Source: Narcine bancroftii
Lineage: Eukaryota
Direction of reading: 5' to 3'
Assembly: GCF_036971445.1 (NCBI RefSeq)
Contig: NC_091475.1
Location: forward strand, 2,976,001-3,040,000
DNA length: 64,000 bases
Position 1 is the first letter of the stretch; each line of letters opens with the position of its first letter. Below are positions 12,324 to 24,426 of this stretch, piece by piece. Made by a program: the position numbers and the translations under genes. Below the pieces are notes generated by a model. That model searched no databases, was not told where the DNA came from, and saw only the letters and a program-made list of their open reading frames with translations.

Positions 12324-14805
12324 TTCACCCCTTCTTTGAGATCTGACCCAAGGGTGGATGGAGGTTAGGGGCTGTACCGGTTAGGGGGCCTGACCATCCG
12401 GCAGATTAGGGTCGCTGTAGTCGTGTCACCAGCAGGTCTGTAGGGTGCGGCCTCTGCTTCGCTCAATTCCCCAACGGCATTGTCAACAGTCTGGCCTGAG
12501 CTGGTAGGGGTGGTGGTGGTCCCTCTATTCAAGCACATGACCTGGGGGAGAAGGAATAGGGGGAGATTGGGTTAAAGGCACTGCTGCGCCTGATCTGGCT
12601 TGGGCTAGGTGCCTTACCAAGACTGTGTCCTCCTGCCCGTCCGGGTACTCAACGTAGGCATAATGCGAGTTCGCATGGAGCAGAGTCACTCGGTCAACCA
12701 AGGGGTCGTTCTTTGAGTACCGGACCGGGAACCATAAACCTTACCGGTATGGTCGTACCCGACTCAGATTTCCTCAGGAAAGAGAACATCCTTTCATGGG
12801 GGGTGTCATTGGTCGTGGTGCATAGGAGGGGGCGGATAGAGTGTAGGGCACTAGTGAGCACGTCCTGCTAGCAAGAGGTGGGGTGACTGGAGGGGAAGCG
12901 TAACCGCTTTCCAGGTGGCATTCTCTCTTTCGACTTGCCCATTACCACGTGGGTTATAGCTGGTGGTCCTGCTTGAAGCAATACCACGCTCCAAAAGGTA
13001 CTGCCGCAGCTCTGCGCTCATAAACGAGGACCCCCTATCACTGTGGATGCAACTGGGAAACCTGAAGATGGCGAAGATGCTGTGTAGGGCCTCTATAACT
13101 GAGGAGGCAGTCATGTCCGAACTGGGCACAGTGAACAGGAAGTGGGAGTTCTCGCCGATGGCCATAAGGATGTAGATGTTATGGTTGGTTGACAGTAGGG
13201 GCCCTTTGAACTCTACGCTGAGATGCTCAAAGGAGCGGGTGGCTTTGATGACGTGGGTGTTCTCCGGACGAAAGAAGTGGGACTTGCACTCAGAGCACAC
13301 CGGGCAAGCTTGGGTCATGGAGCGAATCTCCTCGACCGTGTAGGGCAGGTTGCGAGTTTTGACAAAGTGTGCGAACCTAGTGACCCCTGGATGCTCCTCA
13401 TGGAGTTTCTGCAGCCTGTCCAGTTGTATATTGGCGCAAGCCCCCCTGGAGAGTGCATCTGGCAGGTCATTGAGTTTACCTGGCCAATACAGTATGTCAT
13501 AATTAAAGGTGGAGAGCTTGATTCTTCACCTGGCGATTTTGAAATTCTTGATCTTATCTTGCTGGGTATTGCTAAACATGAAGGACACCGTGCGTCGGTC
13601 GGTCGGTCAGCAGCGTAAAGCACCTGCCGGTGAGGAAGTGTCTCCAATGACATACTGCTTCGACTATGGCCTGGTCCTCCTTCTCGACAGAGGAGTGTCG
13701 GCTCTCAGGACCCTGGAGGGTTCTGGAGAAGAAGACTACTGACCGGCCAGCCTGGTTCAAAGTGGCTGCCAGTGCAAAGTCAGACGCATTGCTCTCGACT
13801 TGGAATGGAATGGACTCGTCAATGGCATGCAGCATTGCAGCAGCGATATCCGATTTGATGCAGTCGAAGGCCGCTCTGGCTTCGGTTGACAGGGGGAAGG
13901 AGGTGGTCTTGATGAGTGGCCGTGCCTTGTCGGCATAGTGTGGTACTCATTGGGCATAGTATGAAAAGAAACTCAGGCAGCATCTGAGTGCCTTCTGGGT
14001 GTAGGGGGGGGTGGCGAGTCCATGAGGGGACGCATGTGGTCAGGGTCCGGCATGACCACCCCATTCTTCACCACACAGCCCAGAATTGTGAGCCGAGTGG
14101 TCTGGAAGACACACTTGTCGAAATTGTAGGTCAAGTTCAGCCGAGTTGCGTCTGAAAAAATTTCTCAAGGTTGGCATCATGATCCTCTGTGTCAAGGCCG
14201 CAGATGGTGACATTGTCCAGATACGGGAAAGTAGCAGTCAGCCCGTTCTGGTCCACCATCCGGTCCATTTCCCGCTGGAAGACGACACCATTTGTGACCC
14301 CACAGGGTATCCTAAGGAATTGATACAGCTGCCCATTCGCTTCGAAGGCCTTGAAAAGTCGGTCTTCTCAGTGGATTGGGAGCTGATGATAGGCCGAACG
14401 CAAGTCAATGGTGGAAAATACACAGTATTGGGTGATCTGATTCACAACATCTGTGATCCATGGAAGTGTGAAGCTGTTGATTGTCTGGCTGTAGTCAACC
14501 ACCATCCACGGCTTCTCCACATTTTTAACAACGACCACCTGGCCCCTCCATGGACTCGAGCTAGATTCAATAATGCCCCCGTCCAGCAGTCTGCGCACCT
14601 CGCTTGTGATAAATTTCCTGTGCTCATAACTATATTGCCAGCTTTTGGTGGCCACAGGCCAGTGGTGAGATTTGTGAAAAGTGCTGATGGAGCAATTTGG
14701 AGGGTGGAGAGACTACAGGTGAGGGCGTGGGGGTGGGTGGCTCGGGCTGCCGCTGACAGGAGGTTTCCGAGGTGGAGTGGTTACAGACCGAGAGAAGAGC
14801 GTGAG

Positions 14806-15143
14806 TGTAATAGTACAGATTCTATCACCAATGTGTCTATGTACAGATGGTAGTGTAGGATGACTGTGATTGGCTGAGAGTGTAGCCACACCTACTGGCA
14901 GGTCTTAAAGGATTGCTCCTAGCCAGACCAGGTCATTCTGGACTGGTTGGCCTACTTGTGATATGCTCCAGTCTTTTAGTTAATAAAAGCCTTGCCACCT
15001 ACTGGCAGGTCTTAAAGGATTGCTCCTAGCCAGACCAGTTCATTCTGGACTGGTCGACCTACTTGTGATATGCTCCAGTCTTTTAGTTAATAAAAGCCTT
15101 GGTTTGGATCAACAAGACTTTGGTTCTTTCAACGTGTATTACA
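14806..15143 (+). mobile_element. Solo LTR of the same Gypsy family, inserted antisense inside the element, with an internal ~107-bp tandem duplication
   Basis: Reverse complement of the flanking LTRs, TG...CA. Segment 14886-14994 is repeated at 14995-15101. Confidence 0.92.
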
Positions 15144-15146
15144 GAG

Positions 15147-15493
15147 AGGCCACCGAGACAGAGGTGCACCAAAGAAGAGGTACAAGGACAGCCTAAAGAA
15201 AGCTCTTGGTGCCTGCCACATTGACCATCGCCAGTGGGCTGATATCGCCTCAAAACGTGCATCTTGGCACATCACAGTTCGACGGGCAGCAACCTCCTTT
15301 GAAGAAGACCGCAGAGCCCACCTCACTGACAAAAGACAAAGGAGGAAAAACCCAACACCCAACCCCAACCCACCAATTTTCCCTTGCAACCGCGTCTGCC
15401 TGTCCCGCATCGGACTTGTCAGCCACAAACAAGCCTGCAGCTGACGTGGACATTACCCCTCCATAAATCTTCATCTGCGAAGCCAAGCCAAAG
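15147..15493 (+). mobile_element. RTE/BovB 3' terminal fragment inserted in Gypsy pol
   Basis: Encodes GHRDRGAPKKRYKDSLKKAL...RVCLSRIGLVSH, the RTE C-terminus, and ends ...cgaagccaagccaaag. Gypsy protease sequence resumes afterwards. Confidence 0.85.
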
Positions 15494-17050
15494 GACAATG
15501 AGGCCCCCCAAAGTGCAGGGAAATGGTTTGAAACTGGCACTGAAAATCCAGTCCCAACGGTGCAGGGGCGCACAATTGGGGAAGGACTAATAGTTTGAAG
15601 TCTGCGAACATGATGTCCTGGACTTTCAGGGTCGCCACGCAGTACCCCTTTACCCCAGTCGAGTGTGATCTGCTCACCAATGAAATTCTCTGTGCAGTTG
15701 GGAGAATAGCCAGTCCGCAACGGTGGGCCAGGTATGGGCGGATAAAACTGTCAGTTGACCCCGAGTCAAATAAGCAATTGGTATAGTGTCCGTGCACTTT
15801 AATCAGTTCCATTGCTTTTGTGAGGGGTTGGGGGAAGTCCTAATCAAGGGTTATTGATGCAGAGACTTGTAATCCGGACAGTGGAGTCCTGCGTGATGAC
15901 ATCACGCAAACAGTTGGGGCTGAAAAGACAGCATCGAGGAGTTGGTGTTGCTGCCTGCAGCCTGCTGGGGGTGTTGGTCAGCCAACGGTAAGTGTTGGGG
16001 GTCACTGCTTGCCGTGGGCGGTGGGGCAGTCAGCGGCGGCATGTCCCCGGTCGGCAGCAGCGGCGGCCTTTGAGGTTGGGGCTGGGGCCTGGTCAGACGT
16101 TGCTTTGTGAGGTAGGGTAAACGTTATTGCAGCAAGGGTGGGTTGTACCTTCCGCGCTTGGTGTGACATCAGGTGCTGCCACGTGGTGGAGTCCTCGCTC
16201 TCATTGGACAAGAGCTCTGAGGAAGAAGTGTTTGAAATGGAGAGTGGCGATTGGGCTTCACATGAGGCATTGTGTTTGATGGCGGCCATTTTGGAGCGAC
16301 AGTCTACAGTAAAGTGGCTGTTTTTAAAGCACTTATGGCACCTAGGTTTTCTCATCGGGCATTGGGACCTGCTGTGCTTGTTCCTCCCACAGAAATAACA
16401 CTTTGAGGTTGCACTGGGCACCGTAGCTGCAGTAGTAGGGTAGAGGGAGGGCATCCTACTCACATCAGTGTGGGGTCCAGCCCCGAGAATACATGTCCAT
16501 ACTTAAGACCACAGCCTCTATCGTCTCTGCGATCTGGATCACATCCTCTAGGTTTTCTCCTCCGAGTTCTAGCAGGCACTGCCTCACCTCATTTGATTGA
16601 ACTCCTGGCCACATAGGCATCCTGAATCAGATTGTCTGTGGTCTCCTCAGCAGTTCTTTCTGTGCAAGCACAGTCCCTGCCCATTGCCCTTAGTGCCTGA
16701 ATATAAACTCTAAAGGACTCACTGGGCTGTTGCCTCTTTGTAGCAAGTTTGTACCGAGCATAGACCCTGTTCACCGGTCGCTCATAAAGCCCTTTCAGCA
16801 CCTTCATGGCTGTGGCGTAAGTGGTCGCGTCCTGGACACTCTGGTAAACTCTCAGGGACACCACAGTCATCAATATTAGTAGCTGATGGCTATCCTCTAT
16901 CACGGCAGGGTCAGAGAGCTGTAAGTATGTTTCGAAGCATCTCACCCAGTGCTTAAAGTCATTCGAGGCTGTAGCTGACATGGGTCGATGTCGAGGCATT
17001 CCAGCCGTAGCATACGCTCCATCCCTTCAAAATTTTTTAGTTAATAAAAT

Positions 17051-17289
17051 TGTAGAGCGTGTCGAAAGAACCAAAGACTTGTTGATCCAAACCAAGCCTT
17101 TTATTAACTAAAAGACTGGAGCATATCACAAGTAGGCCAACCAGTCCAGAATGACCTGGTCTGGCTAGGAGCAATCCTTTAAGACCTGCCAGTAGGTGTG
17201 GCTATGCTCTCAGCCAATCACAGTCATCCTACACGACCATCTGTACATATGTACATATACACATTGGTGATAGAATCTGTACTATCACA
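17051..17289 (-). repeat. 5' LTR of Gypsy element
   Basis: TG...CA ends, AATAAA on the element strand, followed by TSD cacgc at 17290-17294. Confidence 0.95.
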
Positions 17290-18299
17290 CACGCTAAATG
17301 CTTGCTCTATAACTATAGTGCTATACTGCTTTCAACTTTTAATTGCAGTTATTAACACAGTAAATAAAGGGAGTGTGGTATCAATGGCTGTCTTCGTTAC
17401 CCATAATCCCCCACACAGCTGCATTTCCCTGGCACTGGCAGAGCAGTTCCAGCTGTGTGGGGGATTATGGGTAGTGAAGACAGCCATTGCTCCCTCCCAC
17501 CTCCGTGAGGTGCTGAAGTGGTCCTGTAAATTCTTCACCGCTCAGTTTACCCATGCCCAGGGTATATGACTATTTCAATTCAAAAATTAAAAATTGCAGA
17601 CAGAATCCTTTGAATTCTAAAATACAATGTTTTTTGTCTTTTCAATCCTATGTTCTTGTCTCCAATGTATACATTTCAGTTAGAAATGCATTTTAACAAT
17701 CTGTTCCCTCACAAGATGACGCACGCCTCTGCGTGCGATACCTAACCATGTGAAAGTATATTTTAAAAAATAGCTTTACACCAGAATAAATTACTACTTG
17801 TTGTTATAAAAAGCCTATACTGGTACAAAGCAATTTTTAAAAATGTATTTTCACATGGTTAAATATCGCATGCACAGGCATGGGTTTGTATTTTAATATT
17901 TTTGTGCATTTTTAAAATATAGGGCCCCTTTATAACATATTCTTGTGGTGGTACACCACCAGCCTACTGCAAGCCCCGCACTAGCTTAATCCAGCCTCTG
18001 CTGGCTGTTTACGGTATCCATGCCTCACATAGTTTCTAAGTCATCTCTTGTCCTTCTTCACTCCAGAGAGAAAAGTCCCTGCTTCTGCTAACCTTGCCTC
18101 ATCAGTCATGTTCTAATCCAGGCAACATCCTGGTAAATCTCCTCTGCACCCTTTCCATAGCTTTCACATCCTACCTGTAATGAGGTGACCAGAACTGAAC
18201 ACAATACTCCAAGTGTGGTCTCACCAGAGATTTTTAGAGTTGCAACATGACCCCTTGACCCCTGAACTCAATCCCCTGTCAAATAAAGCCAATCATATT

Positions 18300-18628
18300 C
18301 AGGCTCAGCGTCATGGTGGGGGATTCACAGGCTATGCCCCCCACCAAATAAGTTATTATGCCCCCCATCCACCCGCAGCATTAGGGGGTTGTGGACCACA
18401 CTGGGTGACGCCATCAGAGGGGGTGTCACCAAAATGAAGCACATGGTTTTGTCACCACGTGCTATAAACACACACATTTGACTGAAACACCAGAGGGAGA
18501 TAGAAGTGTGATGGTACGGTGGATGGAGGAGGTCCATGGCAGGTATGGTACCCTCTCCCTCTCCACCGAATGAGTTTGTGCCCCCCTCACAGTTACCCTC
18601 AATTAGATCTCTTCTGACACTAATTCTG
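18300..18628. mobile_element. hAT-type MITE inserted in CR1
   Basis: Imperfect TIRs caggctcagcgtca / tgacactaattctg and 8-bp TSD atcatatt/atcatacc. CR1 sequence is continuous across it. Confidence 0.65.
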
Positions 18629-21399
18629 ATCATACCATAGGCCTTCCTAACTATTTCTATCAACCTGGGCAGCAACCATAAGAGATGAAGAGGTTTGGCC
18701 CCCGAGGTCCCTCTATTTACCCGCACTGTTAAGTATCCTACCATTAACCATGTACTCTGCCTTAAAATTTGACCTTCTAAAATACATCACCTCACACTTA
18801 TCCAGATTGAACTCCATCTGTCACTTTTCCGGCCAACTCTGCATTCTGTCTACATCCTATTGTAACCTACGACAACCTTCAACACGATCTACAACTCCTC
18901 CATACTTTATATCATCCGCAAACTTACAATCTCATCCCTCTACTTCTTCATCGAGGTCATTTATAAAAGTCACAGAGCAGATCCCTGCAGAATTCCTCTC
19001 GTCACTGACCTCCAGGTAGGATATGTTCCATCCACTTCTATTCTGATTTTTACAGGCAAGCTAATTCTGAATCCACACAGTCTCATAACTTTCTGAACAA
19101 GTCTCCCATGGGGGATCTTGTCACATGCCTTACTAAAATCTAAATATGTCACACCTACCACCCTACCTTCATCAACTTCTTTTGTTACCTCCTCAAAAAT
19201 CTCAATTAGGCTTATGAGGCATGACCTTCCCCTCACAAAGCCATACTGACAATTCCTGACAAGGCCATACTTCTCTAAATGTTCATCAATCCTGTCCTTC
19301 AAATTTCTCTCCAATAGGTTGCCCTCTTCTGATGTAAGACTGACTAGACTATAATTCCCAGGATTCTACCTGTTATATTTCTTCAACAAGAAAACCACAT
19401 TTGGCATTCTCTGATCCTCTGGTACCTCCCCAGTGGCCAAGGAGGATGTAAAGATCATTGCCAATGTCCCAGCAATCTCTCCCTCTATTTCCATAGTAAT
19501 TTGGGGTATATCTCACCCAGTCCCAGGGATTTATCAATCCTAATGTTTTTAAGAAGTTCAAGCACTTCCTCTTTCCTAATCTCCATATGGTCCAACACAT
19601 AAACTTGTTTTATTCTGACCTCGCTTTGTCCAAGGTCCTTTTCTCTGGTGAATACTGAAGCAAAATATTCCTTCCCATCCTCCTCCACCTCCAGGCATGT
19701 TACCTCCTTAATCTTTAAGCATCCCCCACCTTCACTCTCCTCATCCTTCTGTTCTTCACGTATGCATAGAACACCTTTAGTATTTCCTTAATCCTACTTA
19801 CCAAGGCCTTATAGCCTTCCTAAATCCCTTTTCAAGTTCTTTCTTGGTTACTATATAATTCTCATGAGCCTTTCTTTTTTTTCCTTCCAATCCCCTTGTG
19901 TAGACTTCCTTCTTTTTCTTAACTAGGGGCTTTGCCTGTTTTGACAACCATGGTTCTCTTTTCCCTGTCTCTATCCAGAATGCCATCCTCCACATTACTT
20001 CTTTGCTTTCTCCCGAGAACTTCTATTCCCAATTTACTATTCCTAATTTCTGCTTCATCTCATGGTAATTAACCCTTCTTTAATTAAACACATTACCATT
20101 TTATCTGCTTTTATCCTTTTCCATAGCTAAGCTAAAGCTTAGGGAGTTATGGCCACTATCACCAAAATGCTCCTCCAACGAGAGGTCTGTCACCTGACCA
20201 GGTTCATTACCCAGTACTATATCCAGTCTGCCCTTTCCTCTGGTTGGCTTGTCCACATACTGTGGCAGGAATCCTTGGACGCACCTGACAACTTCTGCCC
20301 CATCTTTCTCTCCTGCAATAAGGAGGTCTCCTTAAGTATTTGGTAAATTGAAATCTCTCATAACAACAACCCTGTTATTTCTGCACCATTCCAAAATATG
20401 CCTACTTATCTATTCCTAAGTGTTCCAAGGGCTATTTGGGGGCCTATAGATTAGTCCTGTCCTATTTCCGACTTCCACCCACACCAACTCAGTGGACACT
20501 CCCTCCACAGCGTCCTCCCTTTCTGCAGTTGTGATAACTATCACTGACTAGTAATACTATTCTCCCCACCCCACCCTCCCTTTTAAAACATCTAAACCTG
20601 GGTACCTGCATTAGCCAATCCTCTCCTTGCATCAACCATGTCTCTGATATGGCCACAACATTGTAATTCCAAGTACTGATCCATGCTCTGTTCATCTCCT
20701 TTTTTCCTAAAATTCCTTGCATTGAAATAGACATATTTCAAACCCTCCAACTGACTACATTTATGCTTCCTCCCATGCTGGTCCTTCCCCACAAACCCAC
20801 AACATTTTGCATCAACCTTCCATTCTCTCCCCTCACTTTCTGGTTCCCATTCCCCTGACAAACTAATTTAAACTCTCACCAACAGCTCCAGCAAACCTCT
20901 CCACCAGGTTATTGGTTCCTCTCCAGTTCAGGTGCAGCCTGTCCTTTTGTACTGGTCATACCTTCCCCAAAGAAAATCCCAATGATCCACAGATCTGAAC
21001 CCCTGCCTCACTTTTCAGCCACGCATTCATCTGCTACAACTTCCTATTTCTGAACCTCTCTGGTGCACGGCATGGGCAACAATCCCAAGGTTTCCTCCCT
21101 TGAGGTCCTGCTTTACAGCTTCTTTCATAACTCCCTATGTTCCCTCTTCAGGACCTCAACCCTACTCCTATCTAGGTCATAGGTCATTGTCTGGCTGTTC
21201 ACTCTCCAGCTTCAGAATTCTGAGACATCCCTGACCCTGGCTCCTGGCAGGCAACATGCCATTCAGGAATCTCGTTCTTGTTCACAAAATCTCCTATCTC
21301 CCCTTCAATTCATTTAAAGGGCATATCGAGATTTCAGGTTTTTTCTGAATGTATTGCAAGCTGCAGGATTCGATTTAAAAACAGAATGATTCCAATTGA

Positions 21400-23996
21400 G
21401 AACCTGACTTATAACCCAACATGAATAGAGTGGATTCGATGGGCTGAAGATATCATGCCTAAAGAAGGGAGGCTAGAGGGGAGTTGGCTAACATAGACTG
21501 AAAGCATCGGCTATCTGGTGGGACAGTTGAGGAGCAGTGGAAGACTTTCGGAAATTTTTCACATTGCTCAGCATAAGTACACTCTAGATAAGAATGATGG
21601 TAAGGTTGGGGAGAGCAAGCCTTGGATAACTAGGGAAATCAAGGAAAGCATCCACGTGCATACAAAGTCTGGAAGATGAGGCAAACTTTAAAAAGCAACA
21701 CAAAGAAAACACAGAACTCGTTAGATTGGAAGACAGTGAATGTCACACCACTGTTTGCATGAGAATGGAGGCAAAAGCCAGGGATCTATAGGCCAATTAG
21801 CTTAACACCTGTAATCTGGAAAATGTTTGAAGCTATCATGAAGGAAGAAATGGCGAGTTGTCAGGTTTGAAATGGTTTCATCAGGCAGACACAGAATGGA
21901 TTCAGGAAGGACAGGTGCTTGTTGACAAATTTGCTGGAGTTCTTTGAGGATATAATAAGTTCATTGGTTAGAGGGGAACTGGTGGACTTGGATTTCCAGA
22001 AGGCTTTCTACAAGGTGCAGCATAGAAGGTTTATCCATTAGATAAGGATGCATGGAGTTGGGGTAATGTACTAGCATGGAGAGAGGATTGGATAGCCAAT
22101 AGGAAGCAGAGAATTGGGATAAATTGATGACTCTGGTTGGCAAGCAGTGGTGAGCAGAATGCTGCAGGGGTCAGTGCTGGGTCTGCAGCTCTTCATAATA
22201 TACATTTGCTGATTTGGAATGGGGACACAGAGTAGCATGTCCATGTTTGCTGATTACGCTAAACTGAGTGGAAAAGCAAACTGTGCAGAGAGATGTAGGT
22301 TAAGTGAGTGGGCAAGGGTCTAGCAAGTGGAGTACAATGCTGGTAAATGCAAGGTCATTCATTTTGGAAGGAAAAAATACATCAGATTATTACGTAAAAT
22401 TAATCAAAAGATTTATAAAAAATATGTATATTAAACTGCAAGAAAAGGAAAATGAGGAAACAAATGGTAAAACTAAACAAAAATGGGAACAAGATTTAAA
22501 TATAAAGATAAAAAAGGAAACATGGGAGAAGTTATGCTCTGGAACGATGAGAAATACAATAAATACGAGGCTGCGTATGATACAATATAATTGGTTACAC
22601 AGACTATACATTACACCGCAAAAGTTAAATAAATGGGACCCAACAGTATCTGATAGATGTTTTCGATGTAAAAAAGAAAGGGGAACAACAATTCATGCAA
22701 TCTGGACATGTGAGAGAGTAGAAAAATTTTGGGATGATCTCAATCAGATATTAAATAAAATAACAGAAAACAATATACCAAAGAATCCAGAGATCTTTCT
22801 CCTAAGTAACATAAAAAATAAAGAATTTGGAATTGACTTGGAGGATGCACAAAAAAGATTTGTTAAGATAGCCCTAGCTGTAGCAAAAAAATGTATTATG
22901 TCAACCTGGAAATTGGAAGATAATTTGAAAATACAACAATGGTATATAGAAATGAATAAATGTATTCCATTAGAAAAAATAACATATAGTTTAAGAAATA
23001 ATATTGAAATATTCGAACAAGTATGGGAGCCTTACATTAAATACAATAGCGAAAACCTACCGGGAACAAACATTACCTAAGTTGATGGAAGGAGAAGAGA
23101 AGAAAAAAATGGACTCAGTAGAATTTCTGGTGTATTTTTGTTGAATGACAACATTGTCTAACTGAATTAATGCAACCTAGATTGTATAACTAAAATGGAT
23201 GAGAGGGGGGAGGGATGGGGGGGTGGCTTGGGAGGAGGGAGGGGGGAGGGAGAAAAAGTCACTGTAAATGTGTGGAAAAGAAAAAGTGTATATCATGGCT
23301 ATTGTGATTTATGGTGTGAAAAATAAAAAATTTAAAAAAAAAAAAAAAAAAAAAGATTATTACGTAAATCATGCTTTCATGGAGATGGATTTGCGAGTGC
23401 TTATGCATGAATTGCAAAAGCTTCGGTTTGCAGCCTTCATTGCTCGTGGGATTGAATTTAAGATCATGGAGGTTCTGCTGCAACTATACAGGGTCCTGGT
23501 GAGGCCAGACCTGGAGTACTGCGAGCAGTTCTGGTTTCCTTACTTGAGAAATGTTGTACTAACTTTAGAGGCAGTGCAGATGAAGTTCGCCAGCTTTATT
23601 CCAGAGATGAAGGGGTTTGGTTCTGAGGAGAGATTAAGTTGCATACGACTACACTCAGACAGGATCATATAAAAATGTGTACATTATTAAAAGGGACAGA
23701 TAAGATAGAAACTGGAATGTTGTTTCCACTGGTAGGTGAGACTACAACTCAGGGACTTAACCTTTAACATCCAGGGTATGCGATGAAGAAGAACTTCTCT
23801 AAGACAGTAGTGAATCTGTGGAATTCTCCCCACAAAGAAGCAGTAGAGGCTACCTCATGAAATATATTTAACATATAGAGAGACAGATTTTTGCAAAGAA
23901 GGGGAATTAAGGGTTATGGGAAAAAGGCAGGTCAGTGAAGTTGGCCAGATCAGCCATGATCCTATTGAATAACAGTGTCCTACACCTGCTCCTCTT
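21400..23996 (+). mobile_element. Decayed CR1 LINE ORF2 + 3' end, interrupted by L1
   Basis: RT motifs (gatttccagaaggctttc, tttgctgattacgctaaactgagtgg) and ORF 23268-23672 C-terminal part LYRVLVRPDLEYCEQFWFPY. Confidence 0.85.
22399..23353 (+). mobile_element. Young 5'-truncated L1-clade LINE (ORF2 C-terminus with zinc finger, 3' UTR, poly-A)
   Basis: Uninterrupted frame to stop 23080 with CFRCKKERGTTIHAIWTC, a G-rich 3' UTR, AATAAA, a ~20-nt poly-A tail, and perfect 15-bp TSD agattattacgtaaa (22384-22398 / 23354-23368). Confidence 0.95.
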
Positions 23997-24130
23997 ATGG
24001 TTCTACCATGAGAATCAGTCCCGTATCCCAGCTGGGATGGCTGCTATTTGATTTGTGTAGTGGAATCCATTCCAACCGTGTAGCACCTTTGTTATCAATA
24101 CTGTGTACGTGGACAATGCTGCGTATATTA

Positions 24131-24426
24131 CAGGTAGTCCTCCCACTTACGCTCGGGCACTCCCATCATAAGCCGAAAAATCGTAACTCCATAAATAACA
24201 CTGCACCTACCATATTTTATAATTAAATGTCGAATGATGAATACAGAGACTGCGAGCATGGTTGAGTTAGCATCACAAGAGAGTCTGCTGGACGTTAGTC
24301 TTGCACGATGCTGCCATTGCCCAGCATCCCGATAGAGTAGCATACCGCACGTGGCAAGCTCAGGGACACATCGGAACTTGAAATCGAAAAGACAGATTCT
24401 GACCATCGTAACTCGGGGACTAACTA
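24131..24426. mobile_element. Tc1/mariner (Tigger/pogo-like) MITE
   Basis: TA|CAGGTAGTCCTCCCACTTACG left end, CGTAACTCGGGGACTAACT right end (imperfect TIR). Confidence 0.6.

Larger units (their letters stand above)
12093..17289 (-). mobile_element. Full-length decayed Ty3/Gypsy LTR retrotransposon
   Basis: LTRs at 17051-17289 (5') and 12093-12323 (3'), both TG...CA, with 5-bp TSD cacgc/cacgc and a PPT next to the 3' LTR. Domain order: gag 16589-16999, two Zn knuckles (CYFCGRNKHSRSQC, CHKCFKNSHFTVDC), protease LFDSGS 15471-15812, RT 14368-14655, RNase H 13572-13835, integrase 12851-13318 (IHSDRGSSF, NGQVERE). Confidence 0.96.
12024..17998. mobile_element. Non-autonomous hAT element (about 770 bp of its own sequence) split by the Gypsy insertion
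   Basis: Left TIR cagggccagatta, degenerate right TIR taatccagcctc, 8-bp TSD tactggct (12016-12023)/tgctggct (17999-18006). Internal hairpins. Confidence 0.7.
11709..21300 (-). mobile_element. Long decayed CR1 LINE interrupted by hAT/Gypsy insertions
   Basis: 3' end at about 11709-12023 resumes at 18007. ORF fragments 18970-19314 (YLDFSKACDKIPHGRL), 19485-19688 and 20489-20861 (YFNARN; YNVVAISETWL, endonuclease). ORF1-like region to about 21300. Confidence 0.85.

Noticed and set aside
14146-14853. 235-aa plus-strand ORF
   Set aside because: Antisense shadow of the Gypsy RT region with no independent coding evidence.
17198-17569. Overlapping ORFs on both strands sharing a near-identical peptide (MAVFxTHNPPHS)
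   Set aside because: Artefact of the 40-bp inverted repeat at 17382-17489.
22304-23080. 258-aa ORF as a host gene
   Set aside because: It is the L1 ORF2 C-terminus fused by chance to CR1 sequence and begins at GTG.
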